DNA of 61,833 nt, counting the filler. It is 9 parts of 9 records of this genome, joined end to end, with 100 filler letters (N's around TTAATTAATTAA, not from the genome) between each part and the next. Parts side by side here need not be neighbours in the genome. Positions count along the whole stretch, not along the records: positions 1 to 9,268 come from SRR15195285_185; positions 9,369 to 17,404 come from SRR15195285_186; 7 more parts are not named here. One strand, given 5' to 3'. This document shows, in pieces, positions 1-13,200 of this stretch. The position numbers and the translations under genes were made by a program. The first letter of the stretch is position 1, and every line of letters begins with the position of its first letter. The notes below the pieces were generated by a model. The model was not told where the DNA came from. It searched no databases and saw only the letters and a program-made list of their open reading frames with translations.

Positions 1-3000
1 ACCAATGAGTGTCAGCACATCTGTTGAATCTAAGCAGCCAGCGGAGAGCACTCGGAATAGTACCAGCAGTGTTGAGTGACCAGGCAGTTCTCACGCACCT
101 GGAACGGCCAACTCCACCAACACACCGCCGACGGTGGCCTGGAACTTGTCGCCTGCGCCGAGCCCTGCAGGGACCGTCACGTTTGCCGACCCTGCAGCTG
201 GAGCAGCTGCGCCAGCGTTAGTCAGACTTAGCAGCAGGACGCGGATATAGATGCAAGGCACAGCTGTGCGAGTCCGGTTGCGCGTGCCACCTACCTTCTT
301 GAGGTATGACACCGCGAACAGCACTCGTCTCCTCCTCTTGCTGTCTGGCAAAACCATTGAAAATCTGCTCGAGACTTGTCTGTGAAACTGCGTAGTCGTC
401 GATCCCCTGGATTCCACGCCCACAGCGCTTCACAATTACTCAAACGTCACGAAGAAGAAACACGTGGTACACCGCACGACAATTGCACCCTAAACCACTG
501 CTGCCCGTATTAGCGACGCACCAGCCTTGCCCGCTGCTCTTCGACGAAGGTGAAGACCGTAGCTAGCTGTACACCGTCTGTCGAGCCAAGCTGAAAGCGT
601 AGATTGCGATCGTGGCGCTCGACCAAGCGTGCATCACTCCAGTGTTCTGTGATGCTCGCAATGAGAGTCTTGGCACGCTCCTAGGTGATGAAGCAAAACA
701 GGTGTAAATTTCGGCACGGAGCGTAGAGACTGTGACGACGGAGGGACTGCGAAATCGAAGACACGCGCAATGACGGGAAAGGACACTGCACACTGAAACC
801 CGCACCTGCGCCTTGTACCACGCGAAAAATTGTTTCGATGAGACGAATCCAGGACCACTGGGGAGGAAGCTGTTGTAGAGGTTGTATCCGACGGGATCGT
901 CAGCTGAAATATGCGCTCCCAGACTCGCATCCCCTAGGGCAGCACAGGCCTGACCAGCGGTTTGTGCTGTTATTCTCTCGTCGAGCCCCGATGATTGAGG
1001 GAGTGTCTCGAGGTCCTCGCTGTCTTCGGCGATGAGCTTGATCTCCAGCTGGTAGCCCGTGCCAAAGCGTCCCTTTAGGTGCTGGGCGGAGCCCAGGCAG
1101 CGTAGCCGACCACCGACCATGATTCCCACGCGGCCACAGAGGGCTTCGCATTCTTCCATGCTGTGGGTTGTGAGTACAACAGCGCATTGAGAATCTTGCT
1201 GACTGATGCGCTCAATGACATCCCACATGAATCGTCTCGCAACTGATCAATCCAAACAACTTGTCACTGGTATGCACGTACGCTAGCTGGTACTCATGTG
1301 ATGGACGAGTACACTGAAAGTGGTGCATACCTGGATCCATGCCAGTACCTACGGCAAACGCACGCAAAGGTAAGTAGGTCCCGCAAGAAGTACCATCAAT
1401 AGTACTAGTACGTGGTACAGAGTGGATCTGAAGTGCATCTTACTCGGCTCGTCAAGGAATACGATGGGGGGGCGCCCGATGGTCGCGATTCCTACTGATA
1501 ATTTGCGTTTGTTGCCACCAGACAACCGACCGGCCAGTTTGTTCGCGAACTCGGTCAGGTCCATGTCAGTGATCACTGCCTCAACATACCTTGATAGGTC
1601 CTTTTCAGGAACGCCCTTGATGCGTCCGAAAAGCTGAAGATGCTCACGAACCGTGAGCAGGTCAAGCAGGGCATCGTGCTGTGGGCAATATCCGAGCTTC
1701 GCACGGACTTCCAGCTGCTGGGTCTTGATGTCTAGCCCGTATAGCCAGGCGTCGCCGCTCGATGGCAGGAAGTTGCCCGTTAGCATGTTCATTGTGCTCT
1801 GTAGAGTTTTCACGAACAGTAGGGTGAGCGAGCAGGCAGGGATGCATACATGCACTCATCCAGGCAGTAGGGCGAACGGATGGGCAGGCCTGAGCGCTCA
1901 GCCACCATAGCGTATCAAACAAGGACCTATTGCTGTCAGTCATCGCCTTACAGTTTTGCCAGCACCACTGCACATCATGTCACATGAAATCGTTAGAGAA
2001 ACTGGAGGTCCACTTGCGTCTAGATCTTCCAAGTGACCAACTTACTTGATACCAAGGAAACCGAAGCACTCGCCCTTCGGCACGCCAAACGATAGGTCAC
2101 GCACAGCCACTTTCGGCTTGCTTGCTTGGCCAGAGCAGCAACCACTTGTCTCCCCTTGGTTGTAAACTTTGCGGATGTGTTCCAGTCGGATTGCGTCGTC
2201 TGCTGCACGTCCGGAGATCACACGCTCTTCCTCTGCCCGAACGTCTATATCAACATCATATGTCGGGTCTTCGACCACCTTATCTTTGAAGAGTACGCCC
2301 GCGATCTTCGGGTAAGTCTTGATAACGTCCAGTAGAATGGTGATACCCAGGAAAAGGGGGACTGAAAGGAACAAGAAGAAGATGTCACGGCCTGCATTGT
2401 TCCAAGCAAGTGGGTTGTACGTTCCGACCAGAATCGTCATTCCAGAATCTCCACCTGTTGCGTAGACAAAATGCAGTTCATTGACCTCAGATTTGTGTGC
2501 AAATCATGGTCAGTTCTTAGGAAGCAGCAAAAGAATAATGTACCTAGGACGATCCCAATGGCGCTGAACGCCATGGTGAGCAGACCATTGCCAAGGCAGA
2601 ATCCAGGTGAGAGAAGTCTGTAGAACCACTTCAGCGTGCTGTTCGTGGCTGCAATGTTCGGGTTTTCAAACGCGATGTCAAGAATGAGAGAGACCAGCAT
2701 CAGCACTAAACCCGTGATGAAACACAGCAGAATCGAATAGACTTGGGCGTTCGTGTGCGTAGAGAAAAGATGCGACAGGCAGTAGCTCCAGGCAATGATC
2801 GACAAGCCATACCCAAGGAAAAGAAGAAACACAGCACCAGTGCGGCTGATTGGGCAAGTGTCTGTCTCAACTTGACAGACATCAGCTAGTGTGGCTTCGC
2901 ATGGCAATACTGTTCCCGGGCGGTCGAGACCTAGCTCATACGCGTTCTGCGCATCGCAGTATGGCCTCGAGAGAATCACTGGTTTGTACTCGCATTGATC

Positions 3001-6000
3001 TTCAGCGCCTGATTGCATCTGGGTAATCGTCACAGCGAACACCGTGGTGAGCGTCCTAGGTGGCGTCATCTCCACGTCCCAAATGCTGGCTGGCGTGTTG
3101 CCTATAGTTGCGCCAGGTGCCATTCCCACGTCTAACTCAGCTTTGCAGTCTGCATCAGCCATGCACGCTTCCCACTCTGTTGGGGCGTAGCCAGCCATCA
3201 TACAAGCAGCTGAATTCCATTCTGTGCTTTCACCCACGATTTTGACGCTAGAGCAGGCTGCGACAGCTGCTACATCAGTTGGGTCTTTCGCATCACACGA
3301 ACCATAGCTTTCAAGCAGCCCCTGGTCAGCACCATGCTGAGCAATCACATCACTGCAGTTGGCTGCCCCTGGCTCCATGAAGAAATCGCCTACAAACGGA
3401 TTGAAGGTGGCAGACGTGCTGTTCCAATCATAGCATGGGGAACCGACAAAAGCTTTCAGGTCATACTGATGGATGATGATCATTGTGAGGGCCAGAGGAA
3501 CGCAGTAGAGGGTAGCATCCCACAGGAAGGATGCCACCCAATATCCAGAGATGGACACTCCAGATATCATCTGCTGGTGCTTGGAGTTGTGTGCAGCTTC
3601 ACGTTCCTTGACAACGAACGCGATAGTCGCACCAGGCAGGAAAGAAAACGCGATCACAATGAACAATACGGCGGTGATGTTCTGAAATTGGTTTAGTGCC
3701 TTCTCCATGGCGCCTGTGACTGGGAGGGGAGCATTATTGACAGCTATGGTCATGCCTTCGACTGCTTCATCAGCGTAACCGTTTGAAAGGGCGTTCAGCA
3801 TCACTGGACCACCATATCGTGCCGACGTATTCACCAAAATGCTGACACCTGGCGCACCACCAGTAGCCACGAATGCGCCAAAAGTTACGTCATCGACGTT
3901 GGCAGAGGTCATGCTGTTGTCGTAAATATCCTGGGCCATTGCAAGAGTAGGACCCGCGAGTAGCTCAGCATTGTTTGGCATCGCCCCGCCCGTCTGACTG
4001 TATGAGCTGGTTATAGCGTCGCTGTAGCTGTTGCTAGAAACAGGCCCGAACCAGGTCGAATCGCAGCCTGCGAACCATTGTACACCCGCCGCTTGTCCAT
4101 CAGTGGCGGGGCAGCCGTCTATGTACTGGATTCCAAAAATGTTTCCAGTGTCGTCACTCTCGAGTACATTCCACACCTCCGATCCTGGGATCTTGCCCAG
4201 TGCTCTCGCCTTCGCCGCTTCCGTAGAGACAGTGGCATGTACGGGAATCACAGTGTTTGGTACATCAAGAGCCGTCTCGAAGTCCATTCTCAACGGAGGA
4301 GTAGTGTCAACTGTGATAGCTGAGGTCAGGAACTGCATGCTGAGGATCAACAGCATGAGTGGAATCACAGTGTTGCAGACGATGCTGTTCTTATCCCGAC
4401 GGCCATAGTGAAATCGTTTCATATACATGGCAAACACATGCTTGCAGCACCGTTGGGCTGCGCCTTGTTTGTCCCGTGATGCGGTTGTAGCTTCGAGGGC
4501 AGCAAAGCTGCCTGATCCATCGCTCACCGTAGACTTCGGCTGTACGGGGTCGGCATCATCACCAGCTGAATCCTCACGAATGACTTTTAGAAAGACAGAC
4601 TCCATCGTTGTTACGGATAGACCGTAATCAACGATTCCCAACGTATCCTTCTGCTGATCCAGCTCACTAAACAGAGCAGGAAAGGTGGGACTGTCCTGCA
4701 TTGGCAGCTGAAAGGACTTTTCCTTACCCACACTAGACTGTACCAGGTAGTCAGGTATGTGTTGACCAATTAAAGCATTGATCGCGGCCTCGTCGCACTT
4801 GGACAGCGTTTCGATGGTCAGGTTGTACCCGGCGCCATGCTGCTTCTTGAGATACATCGAGGTGCCACAACATAGCAACTTGCCCTTTCCCATGATCCCG
4901 ATGCGATCTCCAAGCATGTCAGCTTCCTCCATGAAATGGGTAGTGAGTATAATTGTCCGTCCTTCGCGGGAGTTCTGAAGCATGTTCCACGTAGACCGGC
5001 GGCTGTACGGGCTGATGCGGTGAGGCAGTACAAGGCAACGAAGCAGAAAAAGCTGGAGTCAGCCAATGCGAAACTACTTGAGGAATGGGATGCTCAGCCA
5101 ACCAAAGTCTACGCTCAGAACAGTGGGACGCACTCCATGCCTGATGTTGGCTCATCTAGAAACAGCACTTTCGAGACTGTTTTCCCACCGACCAGCGCGA
5201 TGCACAGTGAGAGCTTACGTTTCATCCCACCGCTCAGCGCCGAAGATTTAGTGTTTTTCTTCTCTGTCAACCCAACGGCATGAATGATCTCATCAACTGT
5301 TGCCGCCACTTCTAGCGCAGGAATTCGCTTCAGCTGGGCATACATTGCGATGTGCTCGTATACAGTCAGGTCAGGGTACAGCACGTCGTGTTGGAAGCAT
5401 GTGCCGATGAAGTGCCGGATCTCTGCCATCTGGTCCATCACACTTTTCCCATAAATCATGGCGTCGCCAGCGGTGGGTTTGTAGATTCCGGTCAGCATAT
5501 TTATGGTGGTAGTCTTTCCAGCGCCGTTGTGACCGAGCAGAGCAAAGATCTGGCCCTCAACCATTGAAAGCGATAGCCTGTCTACGGCTACAAGCTGCCC
5601 ATCTGGTGTCTTGAATTCCTTTCGCAAGCCAGAAATGTCGATGCCCTTTCGCTCAGATTGCAAATGAACCTCTGCGGGACCTAGAGGCTCGATACCGTGA
5701 ACACTATCAACTGGTGACTGCGGCATGATTGGGGGCTGCGTATCGTCCGCTGGCTCCACAGCCACGCTGCCCCCGCAACACTCAATCCAATACTCTTTGG
5801 TACACATGAAACAGGGGCTCAGACGAGTCCCAAACTCTTTGGGCAGAACAAGCTCTAGATAGTACCCAAGAATTGTGTAGATCACGATGTCGAATATCAG
5901 CATACTGAGCGTGCCACCATACGTAGCGCCAGATACAGGGGTGAACAAGTTGCCGAAGGTCACGCCAGTCGCAGCTCCTTCGAATTTGCACAGCAACTCG

Positions 6001-8378
6001 ATCAAGAAACAGCAGGCGGTACCTGGGTGCAGCAGCCCGAGGAATCGATAGAACTTGGACACGCCCGGGCCGGACACATTCGACCACAGCATGAAGCTAG
6101 CTGTAAAGATGATGACATTGAAGAGTCCACCTGTCCTCGCTTTGCTGAAGAACGTGTGGAAGAAAAAAGAGAAAGCCATGAATGCCACCAAACACAGCCA
6201 GTACCCCAGCAGCACAAGTATGAAGCTCGACGACGCAAAGAGAGACGCCTTCGACGCAATTGCCATCAACAGGGCCAGCACTATGTATGTAGACCCGAGA
6301 GACAGGTACCAGCTAGCGATGAGAGTGCAGTTACCGACTCCCTGCATGCGTAGCCCCTCCCTCGCCTTGGTCTCCTTCTCCAGGATGAACGTTTGCGCAG
6401 CGTTGAACACCGCATACAGGTAAATGACGATGAAGAGCACCGGCAGGTAGTCTGCGATGGACGCGTAGAAGGGATACGTCGAAATGCTTGGGAACGGCAA
6501 TGTGCTCATGATGGCTCTATATGGCTCGTACTTAAGCGGTGCTGCAACCTGGTCGCAATCTAATGTTGGGCAAGCACTGGTCAAACGGTTGTCCACTATT
6601 GCCGTTGCGGTGGAAATGCCTGCAGTAGGTGTGTTGATGAGGTATCGATCCACGAGCTGCTGCAGCGACGCAAACGATGGAGTATCGATCTCCGCTTCGC
6701 TTTGTGGCCCGTAGCCCGGTTCTTCGCAGCATTCATCTCCAAGACCTAGGTATGCTGCGAAATTGCCAATCCCGGACATCAGTTCGTCCACGCTTGCGGC
6801 GTAGGCAACCTTTTCTTCACCAGGATCAGGTCTGATATGTTCGTCGACCCAGCTAGAGTTCGTGCGGATTGAATACTCCCAGTTCGGTGCATTTGCCCCG
6901 TTAGCAGGAACGTTGTCAAACACGATCGCAGCGAAAATGTAAGGTGCATCATCTGTCAGATAATTATTGCTCTCGATATATCGATCGAGCTCGCTTGCCG
7001 TGCCGTCCCCGTGTACGACAGTTACGTCGGAAAAACTGCTGACCCAGCCAGGCTGCGTCATTGGCGCGCCACTGCTCTCATCGTGGAGCGGTGGCATAGA
7101 CTCACTGTCGTCAGGTCCGCGGCTACAGCACAGATTGTCGGGGGGGAAAGTCACGGAGGCTGTGCAGGAGCCCCCAGCAGCCTCGCCTTCCCACAGGCAA
7201 CCAGGCATGGAGTTACATGCCAGCAGACTAGTGGCACTACAGTCCCACTCTACGGCACTCGTATCCTGTCCTTCGCACGATGGTATCCAGTCAGATTCAG
7301 TCTCCATCTCGCCCACGTCTTCCCACGTATACCTACGTTTGCACACATAAGTTTAAACACATGAGGTGCATCGTTCATACGTCCCGGGAAATAGATATAG
7401 GCGCGCGCGGCACTGGGTGGCGAGGAGCGAGCACAGGCTGGCGCACTTCTCAAGTAGGTCAGATACGTGGGTCGTATATGCTGCCCCTGGCGTGGACTCA
7501 TCTTGCAGCTGCCGGCGGCCTCCTCCTCTACGACTGCCGCCACCCTCCTCCCAGCCCATGCCCTGTCCTCCGGGTTGCTGGGACGGAAGGCACGGAATGA
7601 TCGGCAGCTGCTGACGCGGATACCACTGCTCAGTAACCCACGCGCGGAACTCTTCGACCTTGGGAACGTCTAGGCATTTACAGCACCAAAGTCGCCGTTA
7701 GATGACCAGGAGAACTATCGCCGAGGTCATGGCAAGCGAGGGTCTCGGCGCACCGGCAGCGCTCTGAGCAGCTAGCGCGAGCTTGTACTTGGGGCGCAGG
7801 TGCAGCGGCAGCAGGATGGAGTTCATGAAGTTTGAGGCGCTGGTCGAGGAGACCGCCGAGCCATATGTGAATGGCACCGGGGTGAACTTGTTCGTGTCTT
7901 CCCGGTGCTGCCAACCTGGCGGCAGGGTCACGGAATCTGGGTCCAGGGTCTTGAGGTAGGCGAACAGCGCGATGATGCCCACGGGAAAGAAGAGCTCCCA
8001 GATGACGGCGCATGGACACTGGCGAGGGCAGCGGACACGCACGGCGCGTCAGGGTCGCGGTTTCGATCAGCCGGAGCAAACGGAGGGTGATGTGTCCAGC
8101 TTACGCAGTTGCACGTCAGCGAACAGTACTGCCCGCGCTTGATCGCAAAGTTCTTCTTCGCGAGGACCTTGGTGTTCTGCCACGCGCTGGCACCACTCAT
8201 ACCTGCGCCGGCGCAAAACAGCCGTGAGCGCCACATCGCACTGTACAGGATGCCCAGCGTGCAAAACAGGGCAGTCCACAAGCGACGACTCATCGCGCGA
8301 TCACTCGTCGGAGTATGTACCGGGGACAAGCTTGGGTGGCGGCTTGCTCTCCGACGGCGTGATCTTCACCGGGCTCAT
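1..8378 (-). CDS. ABCA: ABCA-subfamily full-size ABC lipid transporter (TMD-NBD-TMD-NBD), multi-exon, 3' end runs out of the window
   Basis: NBD1 has [18 protein letters not shown] and [13 protein letters not shown]2 has [30 protein letters not shown] and [12 protein letters not shown]; the C-terminal region has [12 protein letters not shown]. Inferred GT-AG introns that keep frame and restore motifs: 8203-8320, 8019-8104, 7670-7753, 7333-7446, 5012-5133, 2455-2543, 1968-2045, 1799-1951, 1349-1443, 1243-1330, 681-805, 407-521, 207-294, plus a further donor at 98. Likely ATG at 8378 (MSPVKITP). Confidence 0.95.
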
Positions 8379-8609
8379 TTCCACGCACCCATCCGCACTC
8401 CACCTCGCAGCCCCACCCTCCTCAGCCAGCCAGCCCACCACCCCACCCAGCAGCCTGCCCGCGCCACCACCCCGAGCACCTCGCAGCCCCGCCCTCCTCA
8501 GCCAGCCAGCCCAGCGAAGAGCTTCCGGTGCCGACGAGCTGCAGCAGCGCCACCGCCGTGTTCTGGTCCCGCCGTTGTTGGATGTGGGAGTCCGGGTACA
8601 TTCTAACAT

Positions 8610-8637
8610 GTACAGTACAGGGGCCCCTGTACCGTAC
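8610..8637. repeat. Palindrome upstream of the ABCA start
   Basis: Perfect 18-bp palindrome GTACAGGGGCCCCTGTAC at 8615-8632, extending to 28 bp with one mismatch. Confidence 0.85.
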
Positions 8638-9268
8638 TGGTCCACTGGTGGTAGGATTGTACTATAGGAATCCAATAGTGGATTGTAGCGCAATTGTAGC
8701 TTGCAATTGTACAGTAGCTTGTACCGGTAAGCAATTTTTGTAGCTTGCAAGTTGCTACAGGGTGGAAACTGGAATTCCTGCACCGTGCACGGGAGTGCAC
8801 GGCCGCCCCTCCGTCGACTCTCGGGGAATCCTGTGGGGAATTTGAGGGAGTGTGCGGGGAATGCGGTGGTCAACTGTTCGAGCGATTCGCGATGTACAAT
8901 ATGGATTCTGTTCGAATTCGTTTTGCTTTTGGTGACTTGTGATTCCGCTTTGAGCTTGTTTGTAGTCCGTAATTCTCGGTACTGAAACCTGGGGAGCCGA
9001 TTGCATAATTGTCCCGAGTTCGAGTTCGGCGAAACGGCCCAAAAACCGAATAGGACTGTCGGCAAGACGGCAACGGCTGTGGCCGCCGCTATGCGCCTTC
9101 AGAAGACCTCTCGGCCGCCCCAGCGTCAACAATACAGTAAGGAACCTACAGCGGTGAAGCTATTGCTCGCCCGATTGGTGATGAGGGAAAGGTAAAAGCA
9201 AGTGCCTGTTGTAGATAGACAATAGAGCTAGTCTAGTTCTCCCGCCGCAGCGCGCTGAGTATCTGGTG

Positions 9269-9368
9269 NNNNNNNNNNNNNNNNNNNNNNNNNNNNNNNN
9301 NNNNNNNNNNNNTTAATTAATTAANNNNNNNNNNNNNNNNNNNNNNNNNNNNNNNNNNNNNNNNNNNN
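9269..9368. other. Artificial contig-joining spacer
   Basis: 44 N + TTAATTAATTAA (stops in all six frames) + 44 N. Confidence 0.99.
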
Positions 9369-9869
9369 GAGTTCTCAGATACCTCGGAGAAAGAGTTCTG
9401 GGAGAAACCTGTGGCACACCGCAGTACAACCAGCACATGTCAGAAACTAGCTGGGTGCTGGGCATGCCGCTCGGTATCCGAGGAGAAGACACCGAACGGA
9501 ACGACTGCAGATGCTCATATGGCACCAGCGGACAGAAAGTTCATGCGTTCTGAAGCTTTGGTTGTATTTAGGGGTGCAACGCGCGCACCTGCGAGGCCAT
9601 GGAGTCGTCCGTTCCCTCGGCGATACCACCCCTAGTGGGCACCCCCTCTGCTCCCCGCTACGTTTTTCTGGGCCCGAGATGGGCTCCAGAACACACTACA
9701 GAGTCACTGGGAGGCTCTGCCAGTCACGCGCTGCTGGGGGTCAGCAGCAGCTCGCCGTCAGCAGCCCCAAAACAGGCCTGTTCTGGCCGACGAATCCGAC
9801 ACGCCCGCGTTTCCGATTCGTCACGCTATGGGAATAGAATGAGACCCAGAGTGGCCGGGCTAAATCTAC

Positions 9870-10120
9870 TACATCTGTACACGTGTACTACCAGTAGATT
9901 ACTAGTACTTAGTACAGTATCCTAGATACCTGGGTACTTGTACGATTCATAGTCCAGGACTACGGTATGTAGTACGGTACGATGACTATAATAGATCGAT
10001 TGATAGTATAGTACGGTGTAGCCGTGTACAGCTTACAGTTACACTGTAGTTGAACGTGCCGGCACGAGTACGTACGTGAGCTATCCGGCTTGTATACTAT
10101 ACTATTCATACTAGCAGTAC
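9870..10120. promoter_or_regulatory. GTAC/CTAG-rich palindromic tract upstream of the anoctamin gene
   Basis: Dense GTAC, CTAG and TAGTA words, including GTACACGTGTAC at 9877-9888 and GTACGTAC. The promoter role is inferred from position only. Confidence 0.5.
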
Positions 10121-10290
10121 CGGCGCCGGCGCGGAGGACAACGGTTGACCTTGACGACGTGGCACGCCGGCACCACGGCGATCGGCGAACCATCGATCTT
10201 ACGTACTAGTAGCTCGGACGGAGCCAGGGCGCGATGCGCAGGTGACTGAGGGCCGGCCCACGACTCTACCCGCACTGACGTCCGCGGCCA

Positions 10291-13200
10291 ATGGCTGCCA
10301 GCCAAGCGAGCACAAACGCGATGAACGATCGGGCCTTAAATGCAGCAGTCAGCGCCACGCCCGGTGTGCAGACCACGCTAGCGCTTGGCGGCATGGGGAT
10401 CGAGGTGGGCGCGGGGGCAATGGACATCGGGAAGAAGGCCCTGGGCGTCGGTGTAGAGACGCTGGACGCCTCCACAGCTGTGGATCCGTTGGGGGCTGGC
10501 GCCCACTCGAATTCCATGCCGCTGGCATCGTTCTTGGACCGCTGTGACAAGGAGGAACAGCTCGCCACTGCGCGATTCGAAAACTACTTGGACTTCAATA
10601 AGAAGTATGACAATCCATCGGCCGATGCTGTGGTTGACTTGGGAGATACCCAGATGGCCTGGTGCTTGGTCTACAAGCTGGAGGCGGCGAACGACAGCCA
10701 GAAGTCCGAAGACGACGCGTCCGGGAAGCTGGTGCCGCGCGAATGCGTGGACTTGTGTCAACGTCTCTGGGCTGTGGATGTCGAAGTGCACTGCCAGACT
10801 TGTGTTGACGAGAGTGAGATTTACATCACAGCGGGCCTGACATATGAGATGCTCGTGGACGAAGCACAATTCATCAACCTGCCCATGCGACTCAACAATG
10901 CGATGGGCAGCACACAATTTGAGTGGGACAAGATGCACCACTAGTAAGCGCGCATGCTCGTGCCCGTCCATGCATCCCAGCGGCTGCCTTGCTACCCCGC
11001 ACACTGATGGACTCACGCATGTGTGTGCCTCTCACAGCGCTCCGAATCTGTTTGAGGACCCCGAGAAGGCAACTGTGTTCACGTCAGCCCACCGCCAGCG
11101 CCTCACGTGGAGCCGCATGTCGCGCCTGGGAGGGGTCAATATCGAAGAAAGCTTCCATTACATTGACCGCGAATCTTCGATGCAGATCCTGATGCACCAC
11201 ATCGAGCACAATCATCATGTTCGTGCGAAGCTGCTCAAAGAGGTGCTCACAGCGCACGGAGCTTTCAGACCTGATGCACCGGATCTATTAGGAAAAGACG
11301 TAGAGAAGCTCGCCGCACAAGTGATCTCGGAGCCATTCTTTACGGTTGAGCCGACGCATATGCTGACGAAGAGAGAACAGGCGGTAAAGTACGCTCAAGA
11401 TGAATCGCTGAAGTTGAAAGGTCAGGAGCCGGTCACTTGGGAAAGTCTTACCGCAGCTGTGGCGGTGTTAAACGACTGGACTGCCAAAGAACCAGGGCAA
11501 TCCGAGCAGTACGTCGGGTCAATGGTCAGCTATTTCCCACTGCACTGTGAGGCGGAGCTCGAATACCTACGAGACCACTGGGGGCGTTTCAGTCTGATTT
11601 GTCATCCTTGGATCATGGGTAAAGTGGCAGAGGCAGAAGGCACGCCATGCTACTGCCAGTCACCGATGGAGACCAAACATTTTTCAATGCTCTGGATCCC
11701 GCTGGATAGCATTCGCGACTACTTTGGCGATCACGTAGGGATTTATTTCGCTTGGCTGCAACTGTATACCAAAAGCATGGTCATGCCATCGCTGTTTGGG
11801 ATCGTGACATTTTTTGCGCCACTGATGAATGGCAACGCGCCCGGCACTGCGCCAGATTCAAATCTGCTGGTGGCACCGTACTCAATCTACTTGTGCATCT
11901 GGACAGCAACGTTTCTAAGCCTGTGGACACGGCGAGAGAACGAGCTAAAATTCCTGTGGGGAAGTGAACATTTTGAGAACGAAGAAGAGACTCGTAGGCA
12001 GTTTGTTGGTGTAATAGAAATTAATCCTGTTACAAAGAAAGTGAAGCTAAAGCAAGCAAGTTCGGGCCGATACATGGGCAAGCTGAGCTGCTCCTATATG
12101 GTGTCTCTGCTAATGATATGCATCGTCATCACTGGCGCGTTCAGTGCTTCGATGCTACGGTTTTACCGGGCACCACCACTGTGCATGGACCTTGGGCTAC
12201 AGCCAGGCGAGGAAGGTTACATCCTAGCGATGTCTTCCACTAATGCTGCCAGGTCATGCGCTAGGTGCGAGGCGCCGTTGCATTCAGAATCAGAACTCCA
12301 CGACGATCAGCTGTTAAGCCCTTATCATACGAGAAACTACACGATGGTAGAACATAAGCGAGCTCATTTTGGACCAGCATTTTGTGAGGAAGTATGTGTC
12401 CCGAGTGAAGTATTGGAAGGAGGTATTGAGCTTCCTGCGTCTGCAGGATGCGTGGTCAACTTCAACGGAACAAACGTGTGGAACGACGGATATAGCGCAG
12501 GCACGTCGACATGGACCAAAAACAAGTGGAAGTTCAGCAGCGCTGCGGCAAACACGCTGCTGATTGTGATATTCGGCAGAATATATGAGAAATTGGCAGT
12601 TGGAATGAACAACTGGGAAAATCACCGCACCAAAACGGACTACGAAGACAACTTGATCCTCAAGAACTTCGTACCTACTCCCGTGAATAACTCTGTTGAT
12701 CATGTGATACTTCTGGTATGTGAAATGTACTGCTGTCAACGTACCTGTGGTAGTTGATCAATTGGCTTTTCGTGGGAACAGGTATTTCAATTTGTGAACA
12801 ATTATTTCGTGCTGTTTTACATCGCGTACATGCGGCAGGTTGACCTCTCGTTCATCAACCGAGACTTGGGCGAGATCGATGCTGAGTGTAAAGGAGGAAC
12901 CTGCATGCCAGAACTTTCGGTGCAGGTTGGTGTTGTATTCACCACAAAGATGTTGATTGCGCAGATTCTTGAGGTCTTCAAGCCCTGGCTCGTCGCAAGA
13001 AAGGCCACAGTAGTGCACATTCTGCAGCTCAGCAAGTTGAAAAAGCAATTACAGCAAACTGCTGCCGAAGCCGCTCAATTCATACTGCCAGAAGATGTCG
13101 AAGAAATGCTAGAAATTGACCCGGCAGCCCTCAAACGCAAAGAGGCTTTGGACCAGAAGGCTGCCGCTTTAGAACTTCGACTGACTCATGCCAAGGATGC

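Noticed and set aside
1-8378. Fragmented ORFs suggesting pseudogenes, frameshifting or an alternative genetic code
   Set aside because: Canonical GT-AG introns restore frame and conserved motifs under the standard code.
8301-9268. 254-aa minus-strand ORF and possible transposon end upstream of ABCA
   Set aside because: Only its last ~20 codons belong to ABCA exon 1. The rest crosses low-complexity and palindromic sequence with no recognisable domain or terminal repeat.
9369-9860. Short ORFs at the start of contig 2 (gene tail or mobile-element remnant)
   Set aside because: No recognisable motif in any frame.
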